Positions 54,526-64,000 of a stretch of 64,000 nucleotides of DNA are shown piece after piece. Made by a program: the position numbers and the translations under genes. Position 1 is the stretch's first letter. Each line of letters begins with the position of its first letter. The notes below the pieces were generated by a model. It searched no databases, had not been told where the DNA came from, and worked only from the letters and a program-made list of their open reading frames with translations. Source of the DNA: Octopus bimaculoides (lineage: Eukaryota); the NCBI RefSeq assembly GCF_001194135.2, contig NC_068983.1, positions 85,371,517 through 85,435,516 on the forward strand, in the 5' to 3' direction.

Positions 54526-55773
54526 TAAAATAAAAGTCTTTTTTTCATACAAAAAAATGAACTTTAATCAATTATATATATTCCATTTTGTTTGATGACC
54601 TTTTACCATCTTTCTGGCAACTTCATGATTCCACGCTCATAAAACTTCTGGTCCTTATCAGCCAAAAACTGAAGCAAGTGCAATTTCAGGCCATCTTCAT
54701 TATTGAAAGCTTTATCATTCAAAGAATTTTGCTAACTTTGAAATAAATGGTAATCTAATGGTGTAAGATCAGAGCTATATGGTGGATGTGACATCACTTC
54801 CCAACCAAGCTCCAATAATTTTTCACAAGTTAGTAAAGACATGTGTGGTCTAGCGTTGTCATAGTGGAACAAGATTCCTTTACGATTTGCCAATTCTGTT
54901 GATTTTTCTTGGATTGCTACCTCTAGTTTCATTACTTGTTGACAGTAAACATCATAATTGATTGTTTGGTTCCTTGGAAGCAGCTCAAAATACACACCTT
55001 TGTAATCCCACCAAATTGACAGCATGACCTTTTCTTTATACAATTCAGCTTTTGATGCTGTTTGTGCTGGTTCATTATGCTTGGACCATGATTGTTTTCA
55101 ATTGATGTTATTGTAGACAATCCATTTTCCATCAAGAGTGATGATTCGTTTCAAAAAAAGGTAAATTTCATTGTGTTTGAGATGTATATTGCAAATATTG
55201 ATTCATTGTGTTAAGTGAATCTCTTTCAATTTATGCGGAACCCAAATATCAAGCTTCTTAACAAGTCCAAGACATTTTAAGTGATTTTCAATTGTTATGT
55301 GTGATACATTTGACCTCTTTGCAATCTCTTGCTCAGTTATATGATGATCAGATTCAATTACGGATTTGATTTGGTCATCATCAACTTCAGTAGGTCAACC
55401 AGAATGCTGGTCATCTTTGAGTGAAAAATCTCCAGAATGGAATTTTTAAAACCATTTATGACATGTGCGTTCTCTTTAGCAATCAACACCATAAACTTCA
55501 CAGATCTCTTTGTGAGCCCTAGCAGCTTTCTTGCCTTAATGGAAAAAAAAAGAAAATCATGGCAAAAATGTTCATTTTTGCACTCCATGTTAAAATTGAC
55601 ACTGAACTAACAGCTGTAAACAAAATTACGTGCAATTTGCTTCTCAAGTAAGCTAAAAAGTAATGGATATCAAATGTCAAAAGGCAAAAAAAATCATAAC
55701 ACTGACAAAAGTCATTCAAAAGAATCGTAACTATCTATTTGCGAAAAACGAAATTACTTTCTTGCCAATCCAA
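54466..55773 (-). mobile_element. Mariner (Tc1/mariner, D,D34D-type) transposon relic, about 1.3 kb
   Basis: TIR cores TTGGCAAGAAAG / CTTTCTTGCCAA, TA flanks at 54464-54465 and 55774-55775, transposase fragments on the minus strand. Confidence 0.9.
54564..55588 (-). pseudogene. Frameshifted mariner transposase
   Basis: MECKNEHF start; KVMLSIWWDYKGV, FHYDNARPH, HPPYSSDLTPLDYHLF motifs in broken frames. Confidence 0.9.
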
Positions 55774-56086
55774 TAATTTCTCTACTCGTATTGAATGTAT
55801 TTTATAAAGGATGTCTAAACATCAATTTGAGTAACCCCTTCATAAAGAACCATATGTTCTATGTATTCCCATTAAATACGTACTAATTCTCTAATCTTCA
55901 TATTAACTACATTAATCTAATAACTGTTCTGTTGGTTTTTGTTTTGTTTTCTTTGTTTTTTGTTATTGCTCTTAATAATATCTTTCTTCAAACAGACTCG
56001 ATTAGTCTATGATCAAGTAAAAGTATGATACATCTTGTCCAAAAATACAAAATGGCAATCATGGTATATTTGATTTTTTTTTCTCC

Positions 56087-56152
<66 letters not shown>

Positions 56153-57177
56153 CCCCCCAATACTTAACCATCTTAAACAGCAAAATATTGTCTTTCATCA
56201 CAGAATAGTTCCTAAATTTGCTTTTTTATTCAATTTTGCTCTATCAGTTTACCCCACCTACACATTTTCTTGTCTGATGTTATTCATCTAATGAATATAT
56301 ATATATATATATATATGTCATTTTTTAAAAATTCATTGCTGAGAGTCTTATCTCCATTTCACATTTTATGGAATCAACGTAACTGCATAACTTCTTGTGG
56401 AACATGAAAATATCTACAAACTACCAAGTCAACAAAACAAACAAAACATTCAATCGATAGGAAAACTTGAAGGTCAATGAAGGACAAATTTTCAAAATGT
56501 AAATGGACACGCCCCAGCTGTTTCAGATTTATTTCCCACCATGAAAATATTTTAAGATAAACAACTTCAAGCAGAACATTTCCATATCCTCCTTCTTCCA
56601 AATTTGATGCTATATTAATATTTTCTCAACTCTTCAGTAATACAGGTAGCCACATAGCTCCACTACAGCAAGAGATCACTTCTGCTCTGTCCCGTTCTTT
56701 CATATTTTAACCACTTATCTCCTAGTATTAGGCCAACCACTCTCTATTCTAGTCTCACTCAGTCAATGGGAATCTTAGTCTAGCAAGCTTCATGGCAACT
56801 TCACTAGTGCTGGCACCATGAAAAATAGCACCCATTCACACTCTGTAAAGTGGTTGACATTAGGGAGTGCATCAAGCCAAAGAAACCATATCAAAGCAGA
56901 CTTGGAGCATGATGCAGTCTTCAGACCCTGTCAAATTGTGTAACCCATGCCAGCTAGCATGGGAGATGAACTTTTTTTTAAAAAAAGAAAAAAAGCTTGA
57001 TGAGTAATATTTTCAAAACTGCTTTAGTCCTAACAGTAGTTCAGTAAAATTGCTTGAGTCTAATTAGAGATTATATTTGTTACAAAATATCAATGCCAGG
57101 CATCACTCACTCACTGAGATTTATTTTATCACTAATACACTTACTTATAACAAATGTTTCTACTGCCAATGCTTTAA

Positions 57178-57398
57178 CCCTTTAGCATTTAAACCAGCCA
57201 TATCCAGCCTCAAATATTCTGCCTGCTTTATGTTTAAACCAGCCAGATCTGGCCTCTCACACCTACCCTACAATGTCATTTTAAAGATAAACACTCATAT
57301 CATTGAAATCTCAACGCTACAAGGTATTACATGGCTAATGCAAAACAATGTGAATAAATAAACATTACATTTGATAAAGTAATCTGAATGCCAAAGGG
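57178..57398 (+). mobile_element. piggyBac-type MITE family D, best-preserved copy (221 bp)
   Basis: TTAA|CCCTTTAGCATT...AATGCCAAAGGG|TTAA: 12-bp TIR with one mismatch, TTAA TSD. Confidence 0.88.
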
Positions 57399-57569
57399 TT
57401 AAATTTCAAAATCAGCTGGCAATTCTCAAAATTACATCATAAATGTTATTCTTGGCAAGTAATTTGATCTATTCATTTTTTTTTTTCTCTCTAAAATATT
57501 TATTCCTCTTACATTAATTAAGTACTCCCAAATATTGAATACATATTATTCTCAGTTAGAATTCTTATA

Positions 57570-57631
57570 TGTCTTAGATATAAGTGACACGGATGTAAGC
57601 AAACCAATACAGGTTGTCAAGTACTGGTGGG

Positions 57632-57662
<31 letters not shown>

Positions 57663-57825
57663 AGTGGCTTCTTTGAGTTTCTGCCTATCAAATTCACTCA
57701 CAAGGCTTTGGTTTGATCGATGTTATAGTAGAAGACAGTTGCTCAAGCTGCCATGCAGTGGGACCAAACCAAGAACCATGTGGCTGGCAAGCTAACTTCT
57801 TACCACACCACCATATCTATGCCTA
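57570..57825 (-). mobile_element. SINE family A, diverged
   Basis: Reverse complement of head and core, with internal (CA)n. Confidence 0.8.
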
Positions 57826-57977
57826 TATTACATATACGTGTGTGTGTGTGCGCGCACGCACGTGTACCTTTGTGTTTGATTATATTTGCACTCTGTGAAT
57901 GAGCTACAAATAATGACAGAGGTGTCGCATTTCCTTTTAACATATCACCCACCGGCTTTGTGCCTTTTGACATGCAG

Positions 57978-58007
57978 GAAGCAAGAGATCCTTTCCTTGA
58001 AAAACAG
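57978..58007 (+). CDS. Candidate 30-nt phase 0-0 exon EARDPFLEKQ (or 3' end of a longer exon ...MQEARDPFLEKQ)
   Basis: Acceptor CCTTTTGACATGCAG|, consensus donor CAG|GTAAGT at 58008; frame stays open upstream to about 57902. Confidence 0.35.
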
Positions 58008-58347
58008 GTAAGTGTAAACAACAAGAACAGTAACAGGCTATGAAACAAATGCCTCGATAATATTTTTCAAACCTATGTTAGCATAGGAAAAGTGAAAGAG
58101 AGACAGACATGGGGTGAGAGATTGGAAACTGCTTTTCTTTGAAAGCTGTTATATAAAAAATGTGAATATATTTGATTTTAAACTTTTACATTAAGGGTTT
58201 TTCATAATTCATCATCATTTTTACTAGCACTTCACCATGCTTGCCAAAGAATGGACTACTAAGTAAGTATGAAAAATCCAAATGAAAAATCTCAACTTGA
58301 CATTACTTTTGCTTCAATACATACATACACATATATATTACACTGGC

Positions 58348-58395
<48 letters not shown>

Positions 58396-59449
58396 ATTAC
58401 ACATGCATACATATATTATGCATATATATTTAACACACATGCACACATACATATATGTTACATGTGCATACATGTGTGTGTGTGTGTGTGTGTATACATA
58501 TATGTGTATGTGTGTGTGAGAGTTATATACATACAGGTGATAAAAATGTAGAGTTATTTTTATGTTGAATGTCTCGTTATTCACAAAAAGAATTAGCTCA
58601 TTGTGTACAAAGAAGTAGACTGGGGGTGGGGGGAATCATGCTTCACCAACTACAATACAAGGAATTTAGATGTCGTAGAACACCGACAGTAGGAACTGGC
58701 TCTACTTCCATCAGCAGCCATACAATGAGTGATATATACCTTGAACATTAACAGTTTATACATTCAATCAACTTCCTTTCAGACCACAAACTATGAAGAG
58801 TCACTTACTATTAATGGTGAATTGAAGATGATATTACAAATCAGAAAATTATTCAAAGTTTTTATCAACTTCATGCTCCCACAGCAGCTTCGGATTGCAA
58901 GAAACCATGTAACATCATAACAATGGAATATTTTCCCTCAAGTAGGAAGCAAATATATAAACATATCCTCCTTGAAAAACATATCTATGCATGCATGCAT
59001 GCGTGTATGTATGTATGTATATATGTTTGTATGTCTGTATTTATGTATGTGTGTGTATGTGTATGTGTGCATGTATGTATATGAATAATCTATATTTAAC
59101 TTTGAAGAATTGTGAATTGAGTGCCAACATGAATACAGCTTGCCAACAAGCAAATAAATATAACTTTTTCATCACTAGCTATATCAACAGTGCACATTTA
59201 TATCTTCATTAAATGAAGGCTACTCTTATATCTGAGGAGACGGAGAAGCAAAAAACATTTCAAAAATTTGCCATCACTGAAGTCGCTAACGTTGTGTATG
59301 GCTGAGAAGAGATATTACTGCTAAGGGTATCTAAACATGGAAAGCATTTCCTTCGTTCTTATATTCTATGTAAGCAGACCTATTCATGCAATAAATAACT
59401 CACACAACACCAAAATTCCTGCACCAACAAAACACTTTAAAACATCAAT

Positions 59450-59618
59450 AGGGTCAGGTGTGGCTGTTATGGTAAGAAGCTTGCTCCCCAACCACATGGT
59501 CCAGGTTCAGTCCCACTGTGTGGCACCCCAGGCAAGTGTCTTCTACTATAGCCCTATAGCCTTGGATCAACCAAAGCCTTGTGAGCAGAATTGGTAGGCA
59601 GAAACTGAAAGAAGCCCG

Positions 59619-59672
<54 letters not shown>

Positions 59673-59850
59673 ATGTATCTTTGTTTGTCCCCTGCCACCA
59701 CTTGACAACCGGTGTTGGTTTGTTTACATCCCCATAATTTAATGTTTGGCAAGAGGACACCAGTAGAATAAGTGCCAGTGGGAGTGATTCATTTGACTAA
59801 AAGTTCTTCAAGTTGATGCCCCAGCATGGCCGCAGCCTAGAGACTAATAT
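59450..59850 (+). mobile_element. SINE family A, full length
   Basis: Head, core, internal (GT)n, tail CCCCAGCATGGCCGCAG. Confidence 0.85.
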
Positions 59851-60232
59851 AAGACAGAAGATAAATATCTTACTTCTTACCAATGAGCACCAATTCCATC
59901 CTCTCCCACCAAATTCTAAAAACAGTGTATGTCAATATAATAAAACAATCAGTGTAACAAGGAGACAAATCAGGATTGAAGCTGATTTGCATACAGAATG
60001 ATACCTACTTCAGGCCCCTAACGCTCATACTTAAAAAATTAAAACTCATCATCACCATCATTGTTCCACCATCCACTTTCACATGCTGGTTTTCTACAGT
60101 TGGATGCCCTTCCTGTCATCAGCTCTCACTTGTTTCCAAGCAAAGTAATATTTTCCCATGCCCAGACATGATCTTGCAGAATGTTGGAAATGAATGATAT
60201 TCATTAACAACAATAAGAGAATGTCAAGTAAA

Positions 60233-60392
60233 GGAGACACAGGCGTGGCTGTGTGGTAAGAAGTTTGCTTTCCAATCACATGGTTTCGGGTTCAGCCCCA
60301 CTGCATGGCACCTTGGGCAAGAGTCTTCTACTATAGCCTCATGTCAATGAAAGCCTTGAGTGGATTTGGTAGACGGAAACTGAAAGAAGCCA
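60233..60392 (+). mobile_element. SINE family A, 5' part
   Basis: GGCGTGGCTGTGTGGTAAG...GGAAACTGAAAGAAGCC followed by (CA)/(TA). Confidence 0.85.
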
Positions 60393-60426
60393 CACACACA
60401 CACACATATATATATATGTCTATATA

Positions 60427-60655
60427 ACTTGGATAAATTAAGAAAAGGAGTCAAACACAATGATTTGAATAACACCTGCGTTTGACTCCATTTCTTAATT
60501 TATCCATGTGATACAAAAACATTTCACTTAACCCTGGAATTTCTACCTTTATAAGCAGGCTGTAATATCCTTGGCACTTATGTGAATTTTTGCTACCCTG
60601 GTAACTATTTATTTTTTCCTTGTTATTTGTACACATTGAAAAAATACACATATAC
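60427..60655. mobile_element. PLE-associated terminal fragment with foldback
   Basis: 27-bp inverted repeat 60430-60456 / 60480-60506 (one mismatch); the rest is homologous to 8890-9010. Confidence 0.55.
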
Positions 60656-60847
60656 ATTTATATNNNNNNNNNNNNNNNNNNNNNNNNNNNNNNNNNNNNT
60701 AATATCAGGAAATCAATATTAGAAAATTCATCAGAAAGATATATACGTGTGTAGAATAATTTTGTATTAAAAATATATATAAAAATATATGTAAATATGT
60801 ATAAGTATAAATATAACAGGTTAAAAGTTTTGAATTAAGTTTTAAAG

Positions 60848-60939
60848 CATCTTATGATCGTTTCGCAGAAGTGCTGTCCTAATAATGGAATCCTATATTG
60901 ATAAGCATTTATAGACAATTCTTCTGTTCTTCAGATATA
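60848..60939 (-). ncRNA. Decayed type I hammerhead motif
   Basis: UAUAU-CUGAAGA-ACAGAAG...CUUCUGC-GAAAC-GAUC-AUA/AGAUG. G-to-A changes at 10.1 and 16.2; the sister copy at 61239-61252 retains CUGAGGA-GCAGAAG. Confidence 0.65.
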
Positions 60940-61518
60940 AACTTTGAATTTTGTATAACTTATCAAATGGTAGTTTTTTTTTAAATATGAAGTAATATGA
61001 TAAAAAGGTGTTTGTTTGAAATATAAATTAAAGATTAAAAATTACTGCCTTTGATTTTGGTAAGTACACTTTAGTATGAGACTTTAATCCATATATTCTT
61101 CCTTGGTTGGTCTTCTGTAATAATCCATAAAAGTTATGTGTAAAATCCATTATATTATCCTGTATTCCAAATATAGTTCATAGACTTAGATAATATAGAA
61201 TAATGGAATCCTATATTGATAAGCATTTATAGACAATTCTTCTGCTCCTCAGAAATATCAAATGTGAAATTTGTATAATGTAACGAATGGTAGTTTTTTT
61301 TTTTAATTTATGAAGTAACATGGGAAAATGTTGTTTGTTTGAAATATAAATTAAAATTTACTACTTTTGATTTTGATAAGTAGACTTTAGTATGAGAATC
61401 TTGAAATTCATATACGCCTCTTAGGTAATTCTTCTGTAGTAATCCATAATAATTATGTATAAAATCCATTACATTGTCCTGTATTCCAAATATAGTTCAT
61501 AGACTTAAATAATATAAT
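60881..61518. repeat. Two-copy tandem duplication, about 318-bp period
   Basis: 60884-60926 equals 61201-61244 and 61159-61188 equals 61478-61507; middles clearly diverged. Confidence 0.9.
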
Positions 61519-61878
61519 GTGAAATTATATGTGAGGTTATAAAATTATAAATTGGTCAATATTTCTTTTATATTTTTTGTTTTTATAATTGGAAGATTCC
61601 AATTAAAATTTTTAGATTTTTAAATTTAATGCAATTATAACTGTCCATTTGTTATAGATTAGATATGCACGGGTTCTAATTCCAAGAGTATCAGTTCAAT
61701 CTTTATTTAATGTATAATTTAAGTCATGTAAATGATCGTATAGTCAAATAATTCTAATTAATTTATCTATCAATCTATTTTTAAGTATCACCTTATATTT
61801 TGATATCACAAAACAAAACAAAAAAAAAAACGTATATGTAGTCACTAATCTAAATCTTTATTAAATCTCCTATAATAT

Positions 61879-62825
61879 TTAAAGGCTTTTATAAAACCTA
61901 TGTCTACATGTTGAAAGTGCTTCTGATTGACAATTTATTAAGTTCTTATGTTTATATAATAATATATATAGTGATTCCTTCATACAGAGATGGCAACTAT
62001 TAGATTTATGTGTGTATGGTATGGCTGAATCCATTATTGACCAATCTAATTTATAGTTAACTTTGTTTTTCTTAAGTTTATGTATATATGTAGCTAATGA
62101 TGTCGTATTGGTAGTTATGTTTGGTTTAAATGAGTGTATATGTGCTAAAAATCTTTGTTTAAAATTAACGGAACTACTTACATATACCATACTATGTACA
62201 TTATCAATTAATGTAACTATGCATTTGTATATTACGTTAAATCTTCTACAATAGCCTTTTAAAGGGCATAATTTTTTATTTTTACATGAGCAGTTTTTAT
62301 TTTTATTCTTATATTTCTGTTCAGATGAATATTGTCTACTATTGTTATGATTATTTCTGGTGTCTGTTATTACTATTGAGTTTATTGTAGTATTATTTAT
62401 CGCAGAGTTAGATACATTTATTGTTTGTGAATTATTATTTTTATTTTTATTAGCTTGTGGTATTGTGTTATCCAAGGCATTTTGTATATTTTCGAATGTA
62501 TGGTAGTTAGAATTTTGCTGGGGTTTTGTTATATCAATATTATTGTTAGGTGTTCCAGTATTTTGTGTATTACATATACTCCTATTGCTACTATTATTAT
62601 TATTGGTATTGTTATTGTTATTATTATTAGAGCTGTTTTTATATTTGTTAATTTTTCTTTTATTACAATAAGCAATAGTAGATCCTATGTTTGGTGTTGT
62701 AGAGAAGGATATTTTAATTTTTGATCTATTAAATATGTGGTGATACTTGTGATTCCTAGGGAAATTACTTTTAACTATATTTAAAAACTTTTTTGCTAAA
62801 CCTCTAAAATTTAATGAAAATGGAG

Positions 62826-62826
<1 letters not shown>
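61879..62826 (-). CDS. PLE C-terminal region: post-RT linker, CxCx5Cx5C motif and GIY-YIG endonuclease (315 codons, no RT)
   Basis: PPFS...KFLNIVKSNFP...IFNRSKIKISFSTTPN, CSCKNKKLCPLKGYC, VIYKCIV...VYVSSS, FKQRFLAH, WSIMDSAIPY, CHLCMKE, LIN, CRH. No internal stop. Confidence 0.85.
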
Positions 62827-62894
<68 letters not shown>

Positions 62895-62912
62895 CACACA
62901 CATATATACATA

Positions 62913-63144
62913 GGCGGTGAGCTGGCAGAAACGTTAGCATGCCGGGCGAAATGCTTAGTGGTATTTCGTCTGCCGCTACATTCTGAGTTCAAATTCCGCT
63001 GAGGTCGACTTTGCCTTTCATCCTTTCGGGGTCGATTAAATAAGTACCAGTTACGCACTGAGGTAGGTATAATCGACTTAATCCGTTTGTCTGTCCTTGT
63101 TTGTCCCCTCTGTGTGTAGCCCCTTGTGGGTAGTAAAGAAATAA
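62913..63144 (+). mobile_element. SINE family B, full length, young
   Basis: GGCGGTGAGCTGGCAGAAACGTTAGC head, GAGTTCAAATTCC B-box, tail GTAAAGAAATAA; flanked by CACACATATATACATA / CACGCATATATACATA (probable TSD). Confidence 0.92.
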
Positions 63145-63270
63145 CACGCATATATACATATACATACATACATATATACATACATATATACACATATATA
63201 TACACATATATATGCACATATATATACACACACATACATATATACATATACACACATATGAATATATATC

Positions 63271-63304
<34 letters not shown>

Positions 63305-63357
63305 TACGTGCACACACATATACACAAACATATATATATACATATATATATATACAT

Positions 63358-63900
63358 AACTTTTATAAGTAATATTCTAAAAGAATATATAACTGAACTT
63401 ATATTGAGTGCTCAATTATTTTGAGCAAATAAATGTGTATATATGTGTTTTTATATTATTAATAAATTCATAAACTTATTAATAATATACTCAGCAAATC
63501 AGTATTTAATATTTCGAAAGATATATATCCAATACGACATGGTAATATAATAAATTTAAAATTTAAAATATAAATATACGAAATATAAATATAAATATGT
63601 ATAAAAATATGAACGTAGATAAATATACGTGTGAATATAAATGCGTATAAAAATTTATGCGTAATTAAGCATGAATATTGTAAAGTCTAAAATATAAAAT
63701 ATAAAAAAACCTAAAATTTAAAGAATTAGACATCTGACGATCGTTTCGCAGATATTACTATAATCACAAAGTGATCAAAAGATAAGCTTACTATCAGTAA
63801 TTCCGCTCTTCGGAGATGAATTAAGAACCAATGGTATATATATAATATTAATTAGAACATTAGAAATATTAAAAAATTAAAAATAATAATAAAATATATA
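63358..63900 (-). mobile_element. Second PLE terminal (pLTR-like) segment with hammerhead
   Basis: Shares words with 60700-60850 (CAG.AAATCA.TATT, GAAAGATATATA, ATATACGTGTG, GATCGTTTCGCAGA). Confidence 0.65.
63731..63818 (-). ncRNA. Type I hammerhead motif, all stems intact, U4C core variant
   Basis: CAUCU-CCGAAGA-GCGGA-AUUACU...AGUAAU-A-UCUGC-GAAAC-GAUC-GUC/AGAUG. Stem I 5 of 5, long stem II, perfect palindrome ACGAUCGU in stem III. Confidence 0.8.
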
Positions 63901-64000
63901 GGGGTGATGTGGTTACAGAAATTATCTGACAGCCATGACTGGGTTCTCCTGCTTGTGTGGCATGATGCAATGCAGAGTCCTGTTGTCAAACATAGGGTCT

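Larger units (their letters stand above)
60700..62832 (-). mobile_element. 5'-truncated Penelope-like element: GIY-YIG ORF end, 3' region, hammerhead
   Basis: Endonuclease ORF, then AT-rich UTR, an about 318-bp tandem duplication and a hammerhead fold; 5' break lies in (TA)n. Confidence 0.85.

Noticed and set aside
61028-61469. Short ORFs (40 and 53 aa, MDFxHNxYGLLQK...) in the two tandem units, as a conserved peptide
   Set aside because: A 7-nt indel breaks the frame between copies, so there is no clear coding constraint.

Overview
AT-rich, microsatellite-dense, gapped eukaryotic draft scaffold. The SINE, MITE and (TA)n landscape looks cephalopod (Octopus)-like; that is inference, not a database result. 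No complete host gene is recognisable: the window reads as intron or intergenic DNA with a few weak candidate exons. Most ORF-track entries are artefacts of microsatellites or N gaps. Recognisable content: two tRNA-headed SINE families, a (GAT)n-tailed repeat family, two piggyBac-type MITE families (TTAA|CCC...GGG|TTAA), a hAT MITE with an 8-bp TSD, a decayed mariner, a 5'-truncated RTE-clade LINE, and pieces of Penelope-like elements (PLEs). The main result is a dispersed PLE/retrozyme-like system sitting in or beside (TA)n tracts. It has four full-length type I hammerhead ribozyme folds (8752-8840, 50028-50081, 60848-60939, 63731-63818), all with self-complementary or near self-complementary stem III, plus partial motifs. 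It also has an uninterrupted RT-less GIY-YIG endonuclease frame (61879-62826), a separate PLE N-terminal ORF fragment (18196-18385), and tandem and foldback junctions. All alignments and folds were done by eye; repeat boundaries are approximate unless a TSD or TIR is quoted.
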